From positions 23,269 through 87,268 of the forward strand of contig JANQLC010000031.1 in the NCBI GenBank assembly GCA_028280815.1: a DNA stretch of 64,000 nt. The letters are read 5' to 3'. Shown here piece by piece: positions 21,040 through 30,099 of the stretch. A program made the translations under genes and the position numbers. Every line of letters begins with the position of its first letter. Within the stretch, counting starts at the first letter, position 1. The notes under the pieces were generated by a model, which searched no databases, had not been told where the DNA came from, and was given only the letters and a program-made list of their open reading frames with translations. The stretch is from Flavobacteriales bacterium. Its GTDB lineage: Bacteria > Bacteroidota > Bacteroidia > Flavobacteriales > JANQLC01.

Positions 21040-21831
21040 ATGGAAAAGCAAAGCGTACAAACTTTTATCGCTGCCAAACAAAGGGGTGAAAAATTAGCCC
21101 TGCTCACCGCCTACGACTACGCTACGGCCAAAATCTTCGACGAATCAGGCATCGACGGCATCCTGGTCGGGGATTCCTTGGGCATGGTTGTGTTGGGATA
21201 TGAAAATACGCTGCGCGTGACCTTGGCAGAGGTGCTCCACCACACAAAGGCCGTGTCTAGGGGTCTAAAAAAAGCCTTGCTCATCGCGGATATGCCCTTT
21301 ATGTCATACCAAACGGCTGTCTGTGATGCCGTCAAAAATGCAGGACGACTGGTGCAGGAAGGCGGGGCGGAAAGCGTAAAATTGGAAAGGGCTTATGTCG
21401 AACCGATCAGGGCTATCGCAAAGGCACAAATCCCAGTCATGGGGCACCTGGGGTTAACACCTCAATCGATACATATATTGGGCGGTTACAAAGTGCAGGG
21501 GAAAAAACCAGCGGAGGCTCAGCAGCTGATAGACGATGCCAAGCGATTGGAAGATGCGGGTGCCTTTTCCATCGTATTGGAGGGCATCCCGGCTGCATTG
21601 GCCGCAGCGGTAACGGAATCGGTATCCATACCCACGATTGGGATTGGCGCCGGGCCGAACTGCGACGGACAAATCCTGGTCTACCAGGATATGTTCAATA
21701 TGCTTTCAGACCCCAAGCCCAAATTCGCAAAGACCTTTGCCGATGTGGGTCAATTGATGCGCAAAGGGGTACAAAAATACAGGGAATCGGTGAAAAGCGG
21801 CGAATTTCCCGACGATGCGCATTCCTATTGA
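21040..21831 (+). CDS. panB: 3-methyl-2-oxobutanoate hydroxymethyltransferase
   Basis: [41 protein letters not shown]. Confidence 0.96.
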   Translation: MEKQSVQTFIAAKQRGEKLALLTAYDYATAKIFDESGIDGILVGDSLGMVVLGYENTLRVTLAEVLHHTKAVSRGLKKALLIADMPFMSYQTAVCDAVKNAGRLVQEGGAESVKLERAYVEPIRAIAKAQIPVMGHLGLTPQSIHILGGYKVQGKKPAEAQQLIDDAKRLEDAGAFSIVLEGIPAALAAAVTESVSIPTIGIGAGPNCDGQILVYQDMFNMLSDPKPKFAKTFADVGQLMRKGVQKYRESVKSGEFPDDAHSY

Positions 21832-21998
21832 TGGAATTAATCGGTATAGAGAAGACCTATAAGCAACTCGCTTTATTCGCTGAAAGACAAGAAAGGTCGA
21901 TAAATCAGATTGTAAAACGCTTGATCAAGCAAAATTTGTCCGAAATAGACCCAGTAGATGGTACGACAAAGTGGTGTTTCAGGCTTAAAACGGATTGA
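21831..21998 (+). CDS. 55-aa ORF, possible ribbon-helix-helix DNA-binding protein
   Basis: [55 protein letters not shown]; TGATG overlap with panB and ends at the panC start. Confidence 0.4.
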   Translation: MELIGIEKTYKQLALFAERQERSINQIVKRLIKQNLSEIDPVDGTTKWCFRLKTD

Positions 21999-22003
21999 GA
22001 CAG

Positions 22004-22867
22004 ATGCGCACTTTTGAAAAGATCTGTGACTTACGTGCATTCTTAAAATCGCAAAAGAGAAGCGACCTTCGAATAGGGTTGGTGCCCACCCTGGGTGCTT
22101 TACACTGGGGGCATGCAGCCTTGATCAAAGCGGCGCGCAGGCAAAACGAGACAGTCGTGGTTAGCATTTTTGTCAATCCCACGCAGTTTGACGATCCAGA
22201 GGACTTTAAAACCTATCCACGGGATTTTCAAAGCGATCTGGCCTTTTGTGAAAGACATGGGGTAACCGCGGTCTTTCACCCTTCGGAGGCGGAGATGTAT
22301 CCGACACCCTCTAAGACGCGAATCAGCGTTCCTGAGCTGACGCGTCACCTCTGCGGAGCCAAGCGCCCCGGCCACTTTGAAGGAGTGGCGATACTCGTGA
22401 GCAAATTGTTTCATATCGTACAACCCGATTGTGCCTACTTCGGCGAGAAAGACGCCCAACAGCTCGCCATTATCAGACGGATAACCCGAGATTTACGCTT
22501 CCCCATTACCATAGTCAGCGTCCCAACTGTGCGCGAAACAGATGGCTTGGCCATGAGCTCTCGAAACGCGCTGCTGAATCCCGAACAGCGCCGAGCGGCA
22601 GCCGCGCTGAACCGGCACCTGCAAAACGCTCAGCAGCTGCTGAAGAGCGGGGAAAACGGACTTGAAAAAATCAAAACCCAACTCATTCAAAGGATTCAAA
22701 GCGAATCGGCAGCTGAGATCGACTACGTGGAAATCGTCGATGCCGAAACCCTGCAACCCGCGACTGCTGTGGATCGAGCCCTATTGATAGCCGCAGCCGT
22801 GTATTTCGGTGGTGTGCGCCTGATTGACAATTTTAGTTGTAACTTTGCTAAAAAGGACGAGTCTTAG
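22004..22867 (+). CDS. panC: Pantoate--beta-alanine ligase
   Basis: VPTLGALHWGH, SIFVNPTQF, RPGHFEGV, FGEKDAQQ, DGLAMSSRN, RLIDN. Confidence 0.96.
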   Translation: MRTFEKICDLRAFLKSQKRSDLRIGLVPTLGALHWGHAALIKAARRQNETVVVSIFVNPTQFDDPEDFKTYPRDFQSDLAFCERHGVTAVFHPSEAEMYPTPSKTRISVPELTRHLCGAKRPGHFEGVAILVSKLFHIVQPDCAYFGEKDAQQLAIIRRITRDLRFPITIVSVPTVRETDGLAMSSRNALLNPEQRRAAAALNRHLQNAQQLLKSGENGLEKIKTQLIQRIQSESAAEIDYVEIVDAETLQPATAVDRALLIAAAVYFGGVRLIDNFSCNFAKKDES

Positions 22868-22879
22868 AGCGAGTAAGGC

Positions 22880-23263
22880 ATGGAATTGACCATTTTAAAA
22901 TGCAAGATTCACGGTGCGACAGTCACCGAAGCCAATTTAAACTACGTGGGAAGCATCACCATCGATGGGACGCTGATGGACAAATGCGGCCTTTTGGAAT
23001 ACGAGCGCGTACAGGTAGTCAACAACAACAATGGCACTCGTATTGAAACTTACACGTTTCGCGGTGAACCCGGCAGTGGAATCCTCTGCCTAAACGGAGC
23101 AGCTGCCCGGCATTTTCAGCCCGGCGATCGCGTGATCATCATGGCTTATGCGCAACTCACACCCCAAGAGGCAAAAGCGCACCGACCAGTCGTACTCATC
23201 ACAGGGGAGAAAAACACGGTGGAACAACTGGGGTATTACGAGCGGAGCGGCACCATCGTTTGA
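22880..23263 (+). CDS. panD: Aspartate 1-decarboxylase
   Basis: [18 protein letters not shown] cleavage site, LNGAAAR. Confidence 0.96.
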   Translation: MELTILKCKIHGATVTEANLNYVGSITIDGTLMDKCGLLEYERVQVVNNNNGTRIETYTFRGEPGSGILCLNGAAARHFQPGDRVIIMAYAQLTPQEAKAHRPVVLITGEKNTVEQLGYYERSGTIV

Positions 23264-23419
23264 GGTGGGTTGTGAAACAGTTGCAAACCGATACACGGCA
23301 GTCTGAAGTTGAAGGCTTTTCTAACAGCCATTGGGCGTTGCACGCTTCAATCGGTTCGAGTTTCTCATTGGACTAACCGCTCTTTAGCCTGGCTATGCGG
23401 TTTGTTGCAGGGTTCTCCC

Positions 23420-23804
23420 GACTAAAGTATTCTATATGCCGTCGATCTATTGATTAAAGTGTTTTATATGTCTTTGGTCTGTTGATTAAAGCGTTTTTGT
23501 ACGCTGTTGGCTTGCTGACTAAAGTATTCTATATGCCGTCGATCTATTGATTAAAGCGCTTTGTATGCTGTTGGCTTGCTGACTAAAGTATTCTATATGC
23601 CGTCGATCTATTGATTAAAGCGCTTTGTATGCTGTCGATTTATGGATTAAAGTGTTTTATATGTCTTTGGTCTGTTGATTAAATCATCTTGTATGCCGTC
23701 GATCTATTGATTAAAGTGTTTTATATGTCTTTGGTCTGTTGATTAAAGCGTTTTGTATGCTGTTGACTCGCCGATTAAGGCGTCTCTGATGTCGTTGATT
23801 TACA
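23420..23804. repeat. 32-bp minisatellite, 12 units in three main variants
   Basis: A gactaaagtattctatatgccgtcgatctatt, B gattaaagtgttttatatgtctttggtctgtt, C gattaaagcgctttgtatgctgttggcttgct; order A B C A C A C' B A' B C'' D. Confidence 0.95.
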
Positions 23805-23932
23805 TATTAAAAAATATTTTGGGCACGGCTGACTTCCCATAGTGCGACAGGCAAAACGCGTAAAGCCTTTGCTGAACACCCGGCTTTCAAGAGGTCCAAA
23901 TTGGGCTTTATCCTTGGTGCAGCAATTATTTT

Positions 23933-24583
23933 TCAGCTGTTTTTCAGCTCGGCAATCGCCTGGACGGGATCGGCGGATTGAAACACCGCCGTTCCCGCTA
24001 CCAAGATGTCAGCACCCGAAGCAAAGAGCGCTGCCGCATGCTGCGCATGGACGCCGCCGTCGACTTCTATCAAAGTCTTTGCCTTTTTTTGGAGGATTAA
24101 ATTTTTGGCTTTTTCAACCTTCGAGTAGGTATTTTCGATAAACCGCTGTCCGCCAAAACCGGGGTTTACGCTCATGATCAGCAACACATCCACATCGGCT
24201 ATACTGTCTTCCAGCAGGCTTACCGGCGTATGGGGGTTGAGCGCCAGGCCGGCGCGCATACCCAATTGTGCAATGCGCTGCAAGCTGCGATTCAGGTGTG
24301 TCGAAGCCTCGTAATGAATGGTTAAAATAGCCGCTCCAGCTTCTTTAAAGGCGTCGAAATACCGTTCGGGCTGCACGATCATCAAATGCGTATCCAAAGG
24401 TTTCCGAGCGTGTTTTTTTACGGCTTGCACAACCGGAATGCCATAAGAAATGTTGGGGACAAAAGTACCATCCATCACATCCAAATGAAGCCAATCCGCT
24501 TCACTTCGGTTGACCCACTCGACTGCCGTCTTCAATTCGGCGAGATCAGCAGCGAGCATGGAAGGGGCGACCATTCCAGACAT
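23933..24583 (-). CDS. rpe: Ribulose-phosphate 3-epimerase
   Basis: HLDVMDG.FVPN, DTHLMI, MSVNPGFGGQ, EVDGGV. Confidence 0.97.
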   Translation of the reverse strand: MSGMVAPSMLAADLAELKTAVEWVNRSEADWLHLDVMDGTFVPNISYGIPVVQAVKKHARKPLDTHLMIVQPERYFDAFKEAGAAILTIHYEASTHLNRSLQRIAQLGMRAGLALNPHTPVSLLEDSIADVDVLLIMSVNPGFGGQRFIENTYSKVEKAKNLILQKKAKTLIEVDGGVHAQHAAALFASGADILVAGTAVFQSADPVQAIAELKNS

Positions 24584-24593
24584 TTCACATATA

Positions 24594-25457
24594 CTAACCG
24601 AGGTAGGACATCAAAATTTTGCTTCTCGATGTTTGTTTCAAGTGCCGAATCGCCTTTTCCTTAATTTGGCGCACCCGCTCTCGGGTCAAGTCAAGGGTTT
24701 CACCGATCTCTTCGAGCGTCATGGGGTGTTCTTCATTTAAGCCGAAGTACCGGCGAATCACATTGGCTTCGCGATTCGTCAGGGTTTCCAGTGCACGCTC
24801 GATTTCCGTGCGCAAGGACTCCAAGATTAAGACCTCATCTGGGTTGGGGGAATCGCCTGAGCACAAGACATCGTACAGGTTCGAATCCTCTCCCTCTACC
24901 AAGGGAGCATCCATGGAGAGGTGGCGACCGCTGTTTTTCATCGACTCCTTTACATCGGTCTCGGTCATCTCCAACTTTTCGCTGATCTCTTTGGCAGAAG
25001 GTGCGCGTTCGTGTTCCTGCTCTAAGGCAGCATAAGCCTTGTTGATCTTATTGATCGAACCGATCTTGTTCAAGGGCAAGCGCACGATACGCGATTGCTC
25101 TGCGAGCGCCTGCAGGATGGACTGGCGAATCCACCAAACGGCGTACGATATAAATTTAAAGCCGCGTGTTTCATCAAAGCGTCGGGCCGCTTTTATCAGA
25201 CCCAAATTGCCCTCGTTGATCAAATCGGGAAGCGCCAAGCCTTGATTTTGGTATTGCTTGGCTACGGATACCACAAAGCGCAGGTTTGCCTTGGTCAATT
25301 TCTCAAGGGCTGTGTGGTCGCCGGCTTTGATACGCTGGGCTAACTCAACCTCTTGTTCGGCGGTGATCAGTTCAACTCTTCCGATTTCTTGCAAGTACTT
25401 GTCGAGTGAAGCGGTCTCGCGATTGGTTACCTGCTTCGTGATTTTTAGCTGTCTCAT
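24594..25457 (-). CDS. rpoD: Primary sigma-70 factor, short Bacteroidota type
   Basis: [14 protein letters not shown] start, [36 protein letters not shown]. Confidence 0.95.
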   Translation of the reverse strand: MRQLKITKQVTNRETASLDKYLQEIGRVELITAEQEVELAQRIKAGDHTALEKLTKANLRFVVSVAKQYQNQGLALPDLINEGNLGLIKAARRFDETRGFKFISYAVWWIRQSILQALAEQSRIVRLPLNKIGSINKINKAYAALEQEHERAPSAKEISEKLEMTETDVKESMKNSGRHLSMDAPLVEGEDSNLYDVLCSGDSPNPDEVLILESLRTEIERALETLTNREANVIRRYFGLNEEHPMTLEEIGETLDLTRERVRQIKEKAIRHLKQTSRSKILMSYLG

Positions 25458-25561
25458 TTAACCTATCTCTTAGGGTTCGGTCAGTCCCTCGATATACGAG
25501 AGCCCTGTGTACTCGGTTATGCGTATTCGCGTTTTTTCCTTTTAATAAGATTGAACTCGTA

Positions 25562-27685
25562 CTAGGGCTGAGGCTTGGGGAGCAACACCTTTCTCGATAA
25601 CCGCAATTTTCCACCGCGTTTTTCATCGAATCCGGTCAGTTTGACCTCGATTTTATCCCCTTCCTCGAGCACGTCTGCCACTTTATCCACGCGCTTCCAA
25701 TCCAATTCAGAGACGTGCAACAAGCCCTCCGTCTTTCTGCCGATCTCTACAAAGGCACCGTAGGGCATAACGCTTTTTACCGTACCGTTATACACCTGAC
25801 CGACTACAGGCTTAAAGGCAATTCCCTTTATGGTTTCCACAGCACGGTCGATCTGATCCCGATCAAAGCCAGAAATCTCGACCACCCCTTTGCCATCGAT
25901 TTCCTCGAGAGAAATCCCAGTATCCGTATCGGATTGAATCCCCTGTATGGTCTTTCCACCTGGCCCGATCACCGTACCGATAAACTCGGAATCGATTTCT
26001 ATACGTGTCATTTTGGGGACGATTTCCTTGTAGTCAAGCCTTGGATTGGGGATGGTCTCCACCAGTTTTTCGAGGATGTGGAGTCGGCCTGTCTGGGCTT
26101 GTGCTAAGGCTTTTTCGATGATTTCATAGGACAAGCCTTTGACCTTGACATCCATCTGACAAGCGGTGATGCCCGCTGCCGTACCAGCGACCTTAAAGTC
26201 CATATCACCCAATTGGTCTTCATCCCCCAGAATATCGCTCAATACCGTCCAACGGCCTGATTCCGGATCGGTGATCAAACCCATGGCGATACCCGAGATG
26301 TGTTTTTTCAGCTGTACACCGGCATCCATCAGCGCTAAGGTCCCGGCACAAACAGTCGCCATGGAGCTCGAGCCGTTGGACTCCAAAATATCGGATACAA
26401 CCCGAATCGTATAGGGAGAATCCGCTGGAATCATAGGGTGCAAAGCGCGTTGTGCCAGATTGCCATGACCGATTTCCCTTCGGGAAGTCCCGCGGATTGG
26501 GCGCACCTCGCCCGTCGAGAAGGGCGGAAAGTTGTAATGTAGGTAAAATCGCTCGTCGTCCTGAATAGCGATTCCATCAATGCGGTTGCTATCGAGTGAA
26601 GTGCCCAGGGTCACCGTGGTCAAGGATTGGGTTTCACCCCGTGTGAATACCGATGAGCCATGCGCCTGAGGGAGCACGTCCGTCTCGCACCAAATGGGGC
26701 GGATATCCTGGGGCCGGCGTCCGTCCAACCGGATTTTTTCATCGAGAATCAGATTGCGAATCGCCGTTCTTTTGGCGACCTCGGCATACTTGTAAATCAA
26801 GGAATCCTTGCCTTCCCTTTCCGAATCGGACAGGGTTTTCCCAAGGTCTAAGGTCACCGCATCAAACCTATCATTGCGCTCACGCTTCTCAAACTCTCCC
26901 TTGGCGATCGCATAGAATTTGTCGTAAGCAAAATCCGAGATTCGCTTCTCAAGCCCTTGATCCGAAGGTTCCGCCTCATAGGCTCTACGCTGTTTTCGCC
27001 CGACTTTTTCCACTAAGTGAAGCTGCATTTCAATCTGTTCCCTAATGGCTTGATGTGCCCGTTGAATGGCTTCGAGCATTTCAGCTTCCGAGGTCTCTTT
27101 CATCTCCCCTTCTACCATGATCACCCCATCCCTTGAAGCCCCGACCACCATATCTAAGTCTGCCTCTCGAGTATCGCCAAGACTGGGGTTGACGGTGTAG
27201 GAAGCGTTTTTGCGGACGATTCGGACCTCGGAAATCGGTCCGTCAAAGGGAATGTCTGAAAGGGTAATCGCTGCAGAGGCGGCCAGGCCGGCCAAGGCTT
27301 CGGGCTGGGCAGCTGGATCATAAGAGAGCAACTGAATCATCAGCTGTGTCTCGTGGTGATAGTCCTTTGGAAACAAGGGCCTCAATACGCGATCTACCAG
27401 GCGCATGGTGAGTATCTCTTCTGTAGAAGGGCGTCCTTCTCGTTTGAAAAACCCACCGGGAAAGCGACCAGCGGCAGCGTATTTTTCCCGGTAGTCAACC
27501 GTGAGGGGTAAAAAATCCACCCCTTCACTAACTTTTGTAGCGGATACCACAGTGGCGAGAAGCATCGTACCAGCCAAGCGAACGACGACTGCGCCATCCG
27601 CCTGTTTGGCTAACTTTCCCGTCTCTAAGCTCAGTTTTCTTCCATCTTTCAAAGCGATTTCCGCTGTAAATGTCTTTGGGAGCAT
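25562..27685 (-). CDS. pnp: Polyribonucleotide nucleotidyltransferase
   Basis: Two RNase PH domains, [27 protein letters not shown] and S1 domains. Confidence 0.98.
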   Translation of the reverse strand: MLPKTFTAEIALKDGRKLSLETGKLAKQADGAVVVRLAGTMLLATVVSATKVSEGVDFLPLTVDYREKYAAAGRFPGGFFKREGRPSTEEILTMRLVDRVLRPLFPKDYHHETQLMIQLLSYDPAAQPEALAGLAASAAITLSDIPFDGPISEVRIVRKNASYTVNPSLGDTREADLDMVVGASRDGVIMVEGEMKETSEAEMLEAIQRAHQAIREQIEMQLHLVEKVGRKQRRAYEAEPSDQGLEKRISDFAYDKFYAIAKGEFEKRERNDRFDAVTLDLGKTLSDSEREGKDSLIYKYAEVAKRTAIRNLILDEKIRLDGRRPQDIRPIWCETDVLPQAHGSSVFTRGETQSLTTVTLGTSLDSNRIDGIAIQDDERFYLHYNFPPFSTGEVRPIRGTSRREIGHGNLAQRALHPMIPADSPYTIRVVSDILESNGSSSMATVCAGTLALMDAGVQLKKHISGIAMGLITDPESGRWTVLSDILGDEDQLGDMDFKVAGTAAGITACQMDVKVKGLSYEIIEKALAQAQTGRLHILEKLVETIPNPRLDYKEIVPKMTRIEIDSEFIGTVIGPGGKTIQGIQSDTDTGISLEEIDGKGVVEISGFDRDQIDRAVETIKGIAFKPVVGQVYNGTVKSVMPYGAFVEIGRKTEGLLHVSELDWKRVDKVADVLEEGDKIEVKLTGFDEKRGGKLRLSRKVLLPKPQP

Positions 27686-27721
27686 GTAACGATATGAGGT
27701 TAAAAGAGATTTTTGAAGGTT

Positions 27722-27991
27722 CTATTTCCGGATACCCAATTTTTCTATCAAGCGGCGGTACTTTTCAATATCTTTATTTCGCAGATAGTCGAGCAAACAC
27801 CTGCGTTTTCCAACTAAGCGAATGAGCGCCTTTTCAGTGTTGTAATCGTTTCGGTTTCGCTTCAAATGTTCGGTCAAATGCTCGATTCGATGGGTAAAAA
27901 GCGCAACCTGACCCGCAGTAGAGCCGGTATCCTGCGCTGAAGCGCCGTATTTTTTGAAGATTTCTCTCTTCCTTTCCGGGCTTAGATACAT
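27722..27991 (-). CDS. rpsO: 30S ribosomal protein S15
   Basis: DTGS..GQVALFT.RI.HLT.HL...VGKRR.LL.YL; adjacent to pnp. Confidence 0.97.
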   Translation of the reverse strand: MYLSPERKREIFKKYGASAQDTGSTAGQVALFTHRIEHLTEHLKRNRNDYNTEKALIRLVGKRRCLLDYLRNKDIEKYRRLIEKLGIRK

Positions 27992-28034
27992 TTCTAAATC
28001 ATTTCAGGTTGGGGGTGTACCTTTATACGCGGGG

Positions 28035-28042
28035 CAAAGGTA
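28035..28042 (-). promoter_or_regulatory. Bacteroidota -7 element TACCTTTG upstream of rpsO
   Basis: Consensus match 44 bp before the start codon. Confidence 0.55.
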
Positions 28043-28065
28043 AGGAATTTCCAGGCGTCCGAGAA

Positions 28066-28920
28066 CTATTTTGGGGGATGGGTATAAATCACGTTCAAAA
28101 AATCGCTCAGCCTGCGCTTTAAGTCTCTGCGATGCACGATAAAGTCGATGAAACCGCGTTCGAGCAAAAATTCCGAAGTCTGAAAACCTCGGGGTAAATC
28201 ACGGCTGATGGTCTCTTTGATCACACGTGGCCCGGCAAATCCGATGAGCGCACCGGGCTCAGCGATGTTGATGTCGCCCAACATGGCAAAAGAAGCCGTC
28301 ACACCGCCCGTGGTGGGATCGGTAAGCAGCGATATGTAGGGGACCCTCGCCTCAGCCAATTCCGCTAACTTGGCTGCGGTCTTGGCCATCTGCATCAGCG
28401 AAAAGGCGCCCTCCATCATGCGGGCACCGCCCGATTTTGAGATGATCAGTAAGGGGGCCTGTTGCGCTAGGGCATAATCTATGGACCGCGCAATTTTTTC
28501 GCCGACGACCGACCCCATGCTTCCACCGATAAAATCAAAGTCCATAGCAGAGACCACGAGTGGTTTGCCATAGACCAGACCCGTAGCCACGCGTAAGGCA
28601 TCCCGCAGGCCGGTCTTCTTTTTCGACGCCCGCAGGCGTTCTGCATAGCGCTTCGTATCCTTAAAGTGCAAGATATCTTTGGATTCGACCTTCGTAAAAA
28701 GCGGCTCGTATTTTCCTTGGTCAAAGAGGATTTCAAAATACTCTCCGCTGCCGATACGCACGTGATAGCCATCCTCGGGGCTGACGTAAAAGTTCTCCTT
28801 GAGCTCTTGGGTATCGACGATCTTTCCACTCGGCGTCTTATACCACAAGCCTTTGGGGGTATCCATCTTATCTTTCGTCGGCGTCTGAATCCCCTTTTGC
28901 TTTCTTCTAAACCAAGCCAT
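28066..28920 (-). CDS. accD: Acetyl-CoA carboxylase carboxyltransferase beta subunit
   Basis: [39 protein letters not shown]; Cys-less zinc-ribbon region as in Flavobacteria. Confidence 0.97.
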   Translation of the reverse strand: MAWFRRKQKGIQTPTKDKMDTPKGLWYKTPSGKIVDTQELKENFYVSPEDGYHVRIGSGEYFEILFDQGKYEPLFTKVESKDILHFKDTKRYAERLRASKKKTGLRDALRVATGLVYGKPLVVSAMDFDFIGGSMGSVVGEKIARSIDYALAQQAPLLIISKSGGARMMEGAFSLMQMAKTAAKLAELAEARVPYISLLTDPTTGGVTASFAMLGDINIAEPGALIGFAGPRVIKETISRDLPRGFQTSEFLLERGFIDFIVHRRDLKRRLSDFLNVIYTHPPK

Positions 28921-28961
28921 ATCTCAGCGTTTCGTTACAAGGGCGCAGCAAAAACCCGCTC

Positions 28962-30029
28962 TCAGCCCAGGGTGTTGACGTTGTTTAAATCGACGAAGCA
29001 CTGTTCTAAGCGCTCGCCGAAGCGCTGCACACCGCTGCGCAGCCATACACGTGGATCGTATTTCTTCTTGTTCGGTCGATCGGCGCCTTCTGGATTGCCG
29101 ATTTGCGACTTCAAATAAGGTGCGTTTTCATCGAAGTAATCACGCACACCCGACATGAATGCATACTGCAAATCGGTATCGATATTCATCTTTACGACCC
29201 CGTAGCCGATGGCTTCGCGAATCTCCGCTACCGTGGAGCCCGATCCGCCGTGAAAGACGAAATGGACGGGTTTTGGACCGGTTTTAAATCGCTCCTGAAC
29301 CCGCTTTTGTGAAGCATCCAATATATTCGGACGCAACTTAACACGGCCGGGTTTGTATACACCGTGCACATTTCCAAAAGCAGCTGCAAGGGTAAATCGG
29401 TCGCTCACCTCGCGCAGGGCGCCGTAAGCAAAAGCCACTTCCTCAGGCCGGGTGTAGAGTTTGGATGCCTCGGAATCGGAATGATCCACACCGTCTTCTT
29501 CCCCACCGGTAACGCCGAGCTCTATCTCCAAGGTCATGCCCATTTTACTCATGCGCGCCAAGTAGCGCTTGCAAATTTCGATGTTTTCCCCGATGGGCTC
29601 CTGGGATAGGTCGAGCATATGAGAACTGAAAAGCGACTCGCCATATTTTTCGAAATGGCGCATACCGGCATCTAACAAGCTGTCCAACCAGGGCAATAAG
29701 TTCTTGGCGCAATGGTCGGTATGCAGTATGACCACAGCCCCGTAGGCTTCAGCCAAATCGCGAACGTGGTGGGCACCGGCAACCGCGCCCAAAATCGCAG
29801 CGCGTTGGCCTTTGTCGGTTAGTCCTCGGCCGGCATTAAAAGCAGCACCACCATTGGAAAATTGAATGATCATAGGTGAATTGACACGAGCCGCGGTTTC
29901 GAGACAGGCGTGAATTGAATCCGAACCGATCACATTGGCCGCAGGGAGTGCAAACCCGCCTGCTTTAGCGCAGTTGAAAATGTCTTGGACCGCGTTTCCT
30001 GTCGCGACACCCGGTTTAAATCGGATCAT
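28962..30029 (-). CDS. fbaA: Class II fructose-bisphosphate aldolase
   Basis: HTDHCAK, SSHMLDLS, GGEEDG, GNVHGVY, FHGGSG. Confidence 0.97.
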   Translation of the reverse strand: MIRFKPGVATGNAVQDIFNCAKAGGFALPAANVIGSDSIHACLETAARVNSPMIIQFSNGGAAFNAGRGLTDKGQRAAILGAVAGAHHVRDLAEAYGAVVILHTDHCAKNLLPWLDSLLDAGMRHFEKYGESLFSSHMLDLSQEPIGENIEICKRYLARMSKMGMTLEIELGVTGGEEDGVDHSDSEASKLYTRPEEVAFAYGALREVSDRFTLAAAFGNVHGVYKPGRVKLRPNILDASQKRVQERFKTGPKPVHFVFHGGSGSTVAEIREAIGYGVVKMNIDTDLQYAFMSGVRDYFDENAPYLKSQIGNPEGADRPNKKKYDPRVWLRSGVQRFGERLEQCFVDLNNVNTLG

Positions 30030-30099
30030 GAACTCGCCATTTTACAGCGTTCATCTCAGCACCACCACACAGCAGGCAAAAGTACTGCTTTCTAAGGGA

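Noticed and set aside
23420-23804. CRISPR array
   Set aside because: Units are head-to-tail with no unique spacers, variants recur exactly, and there are no cas genes or leader
24878-24897. tRNA T-loop-like GGTTCGAATCC
   Set aside because: Lies within rpoD coding sequence and no cloverleaf can be formed
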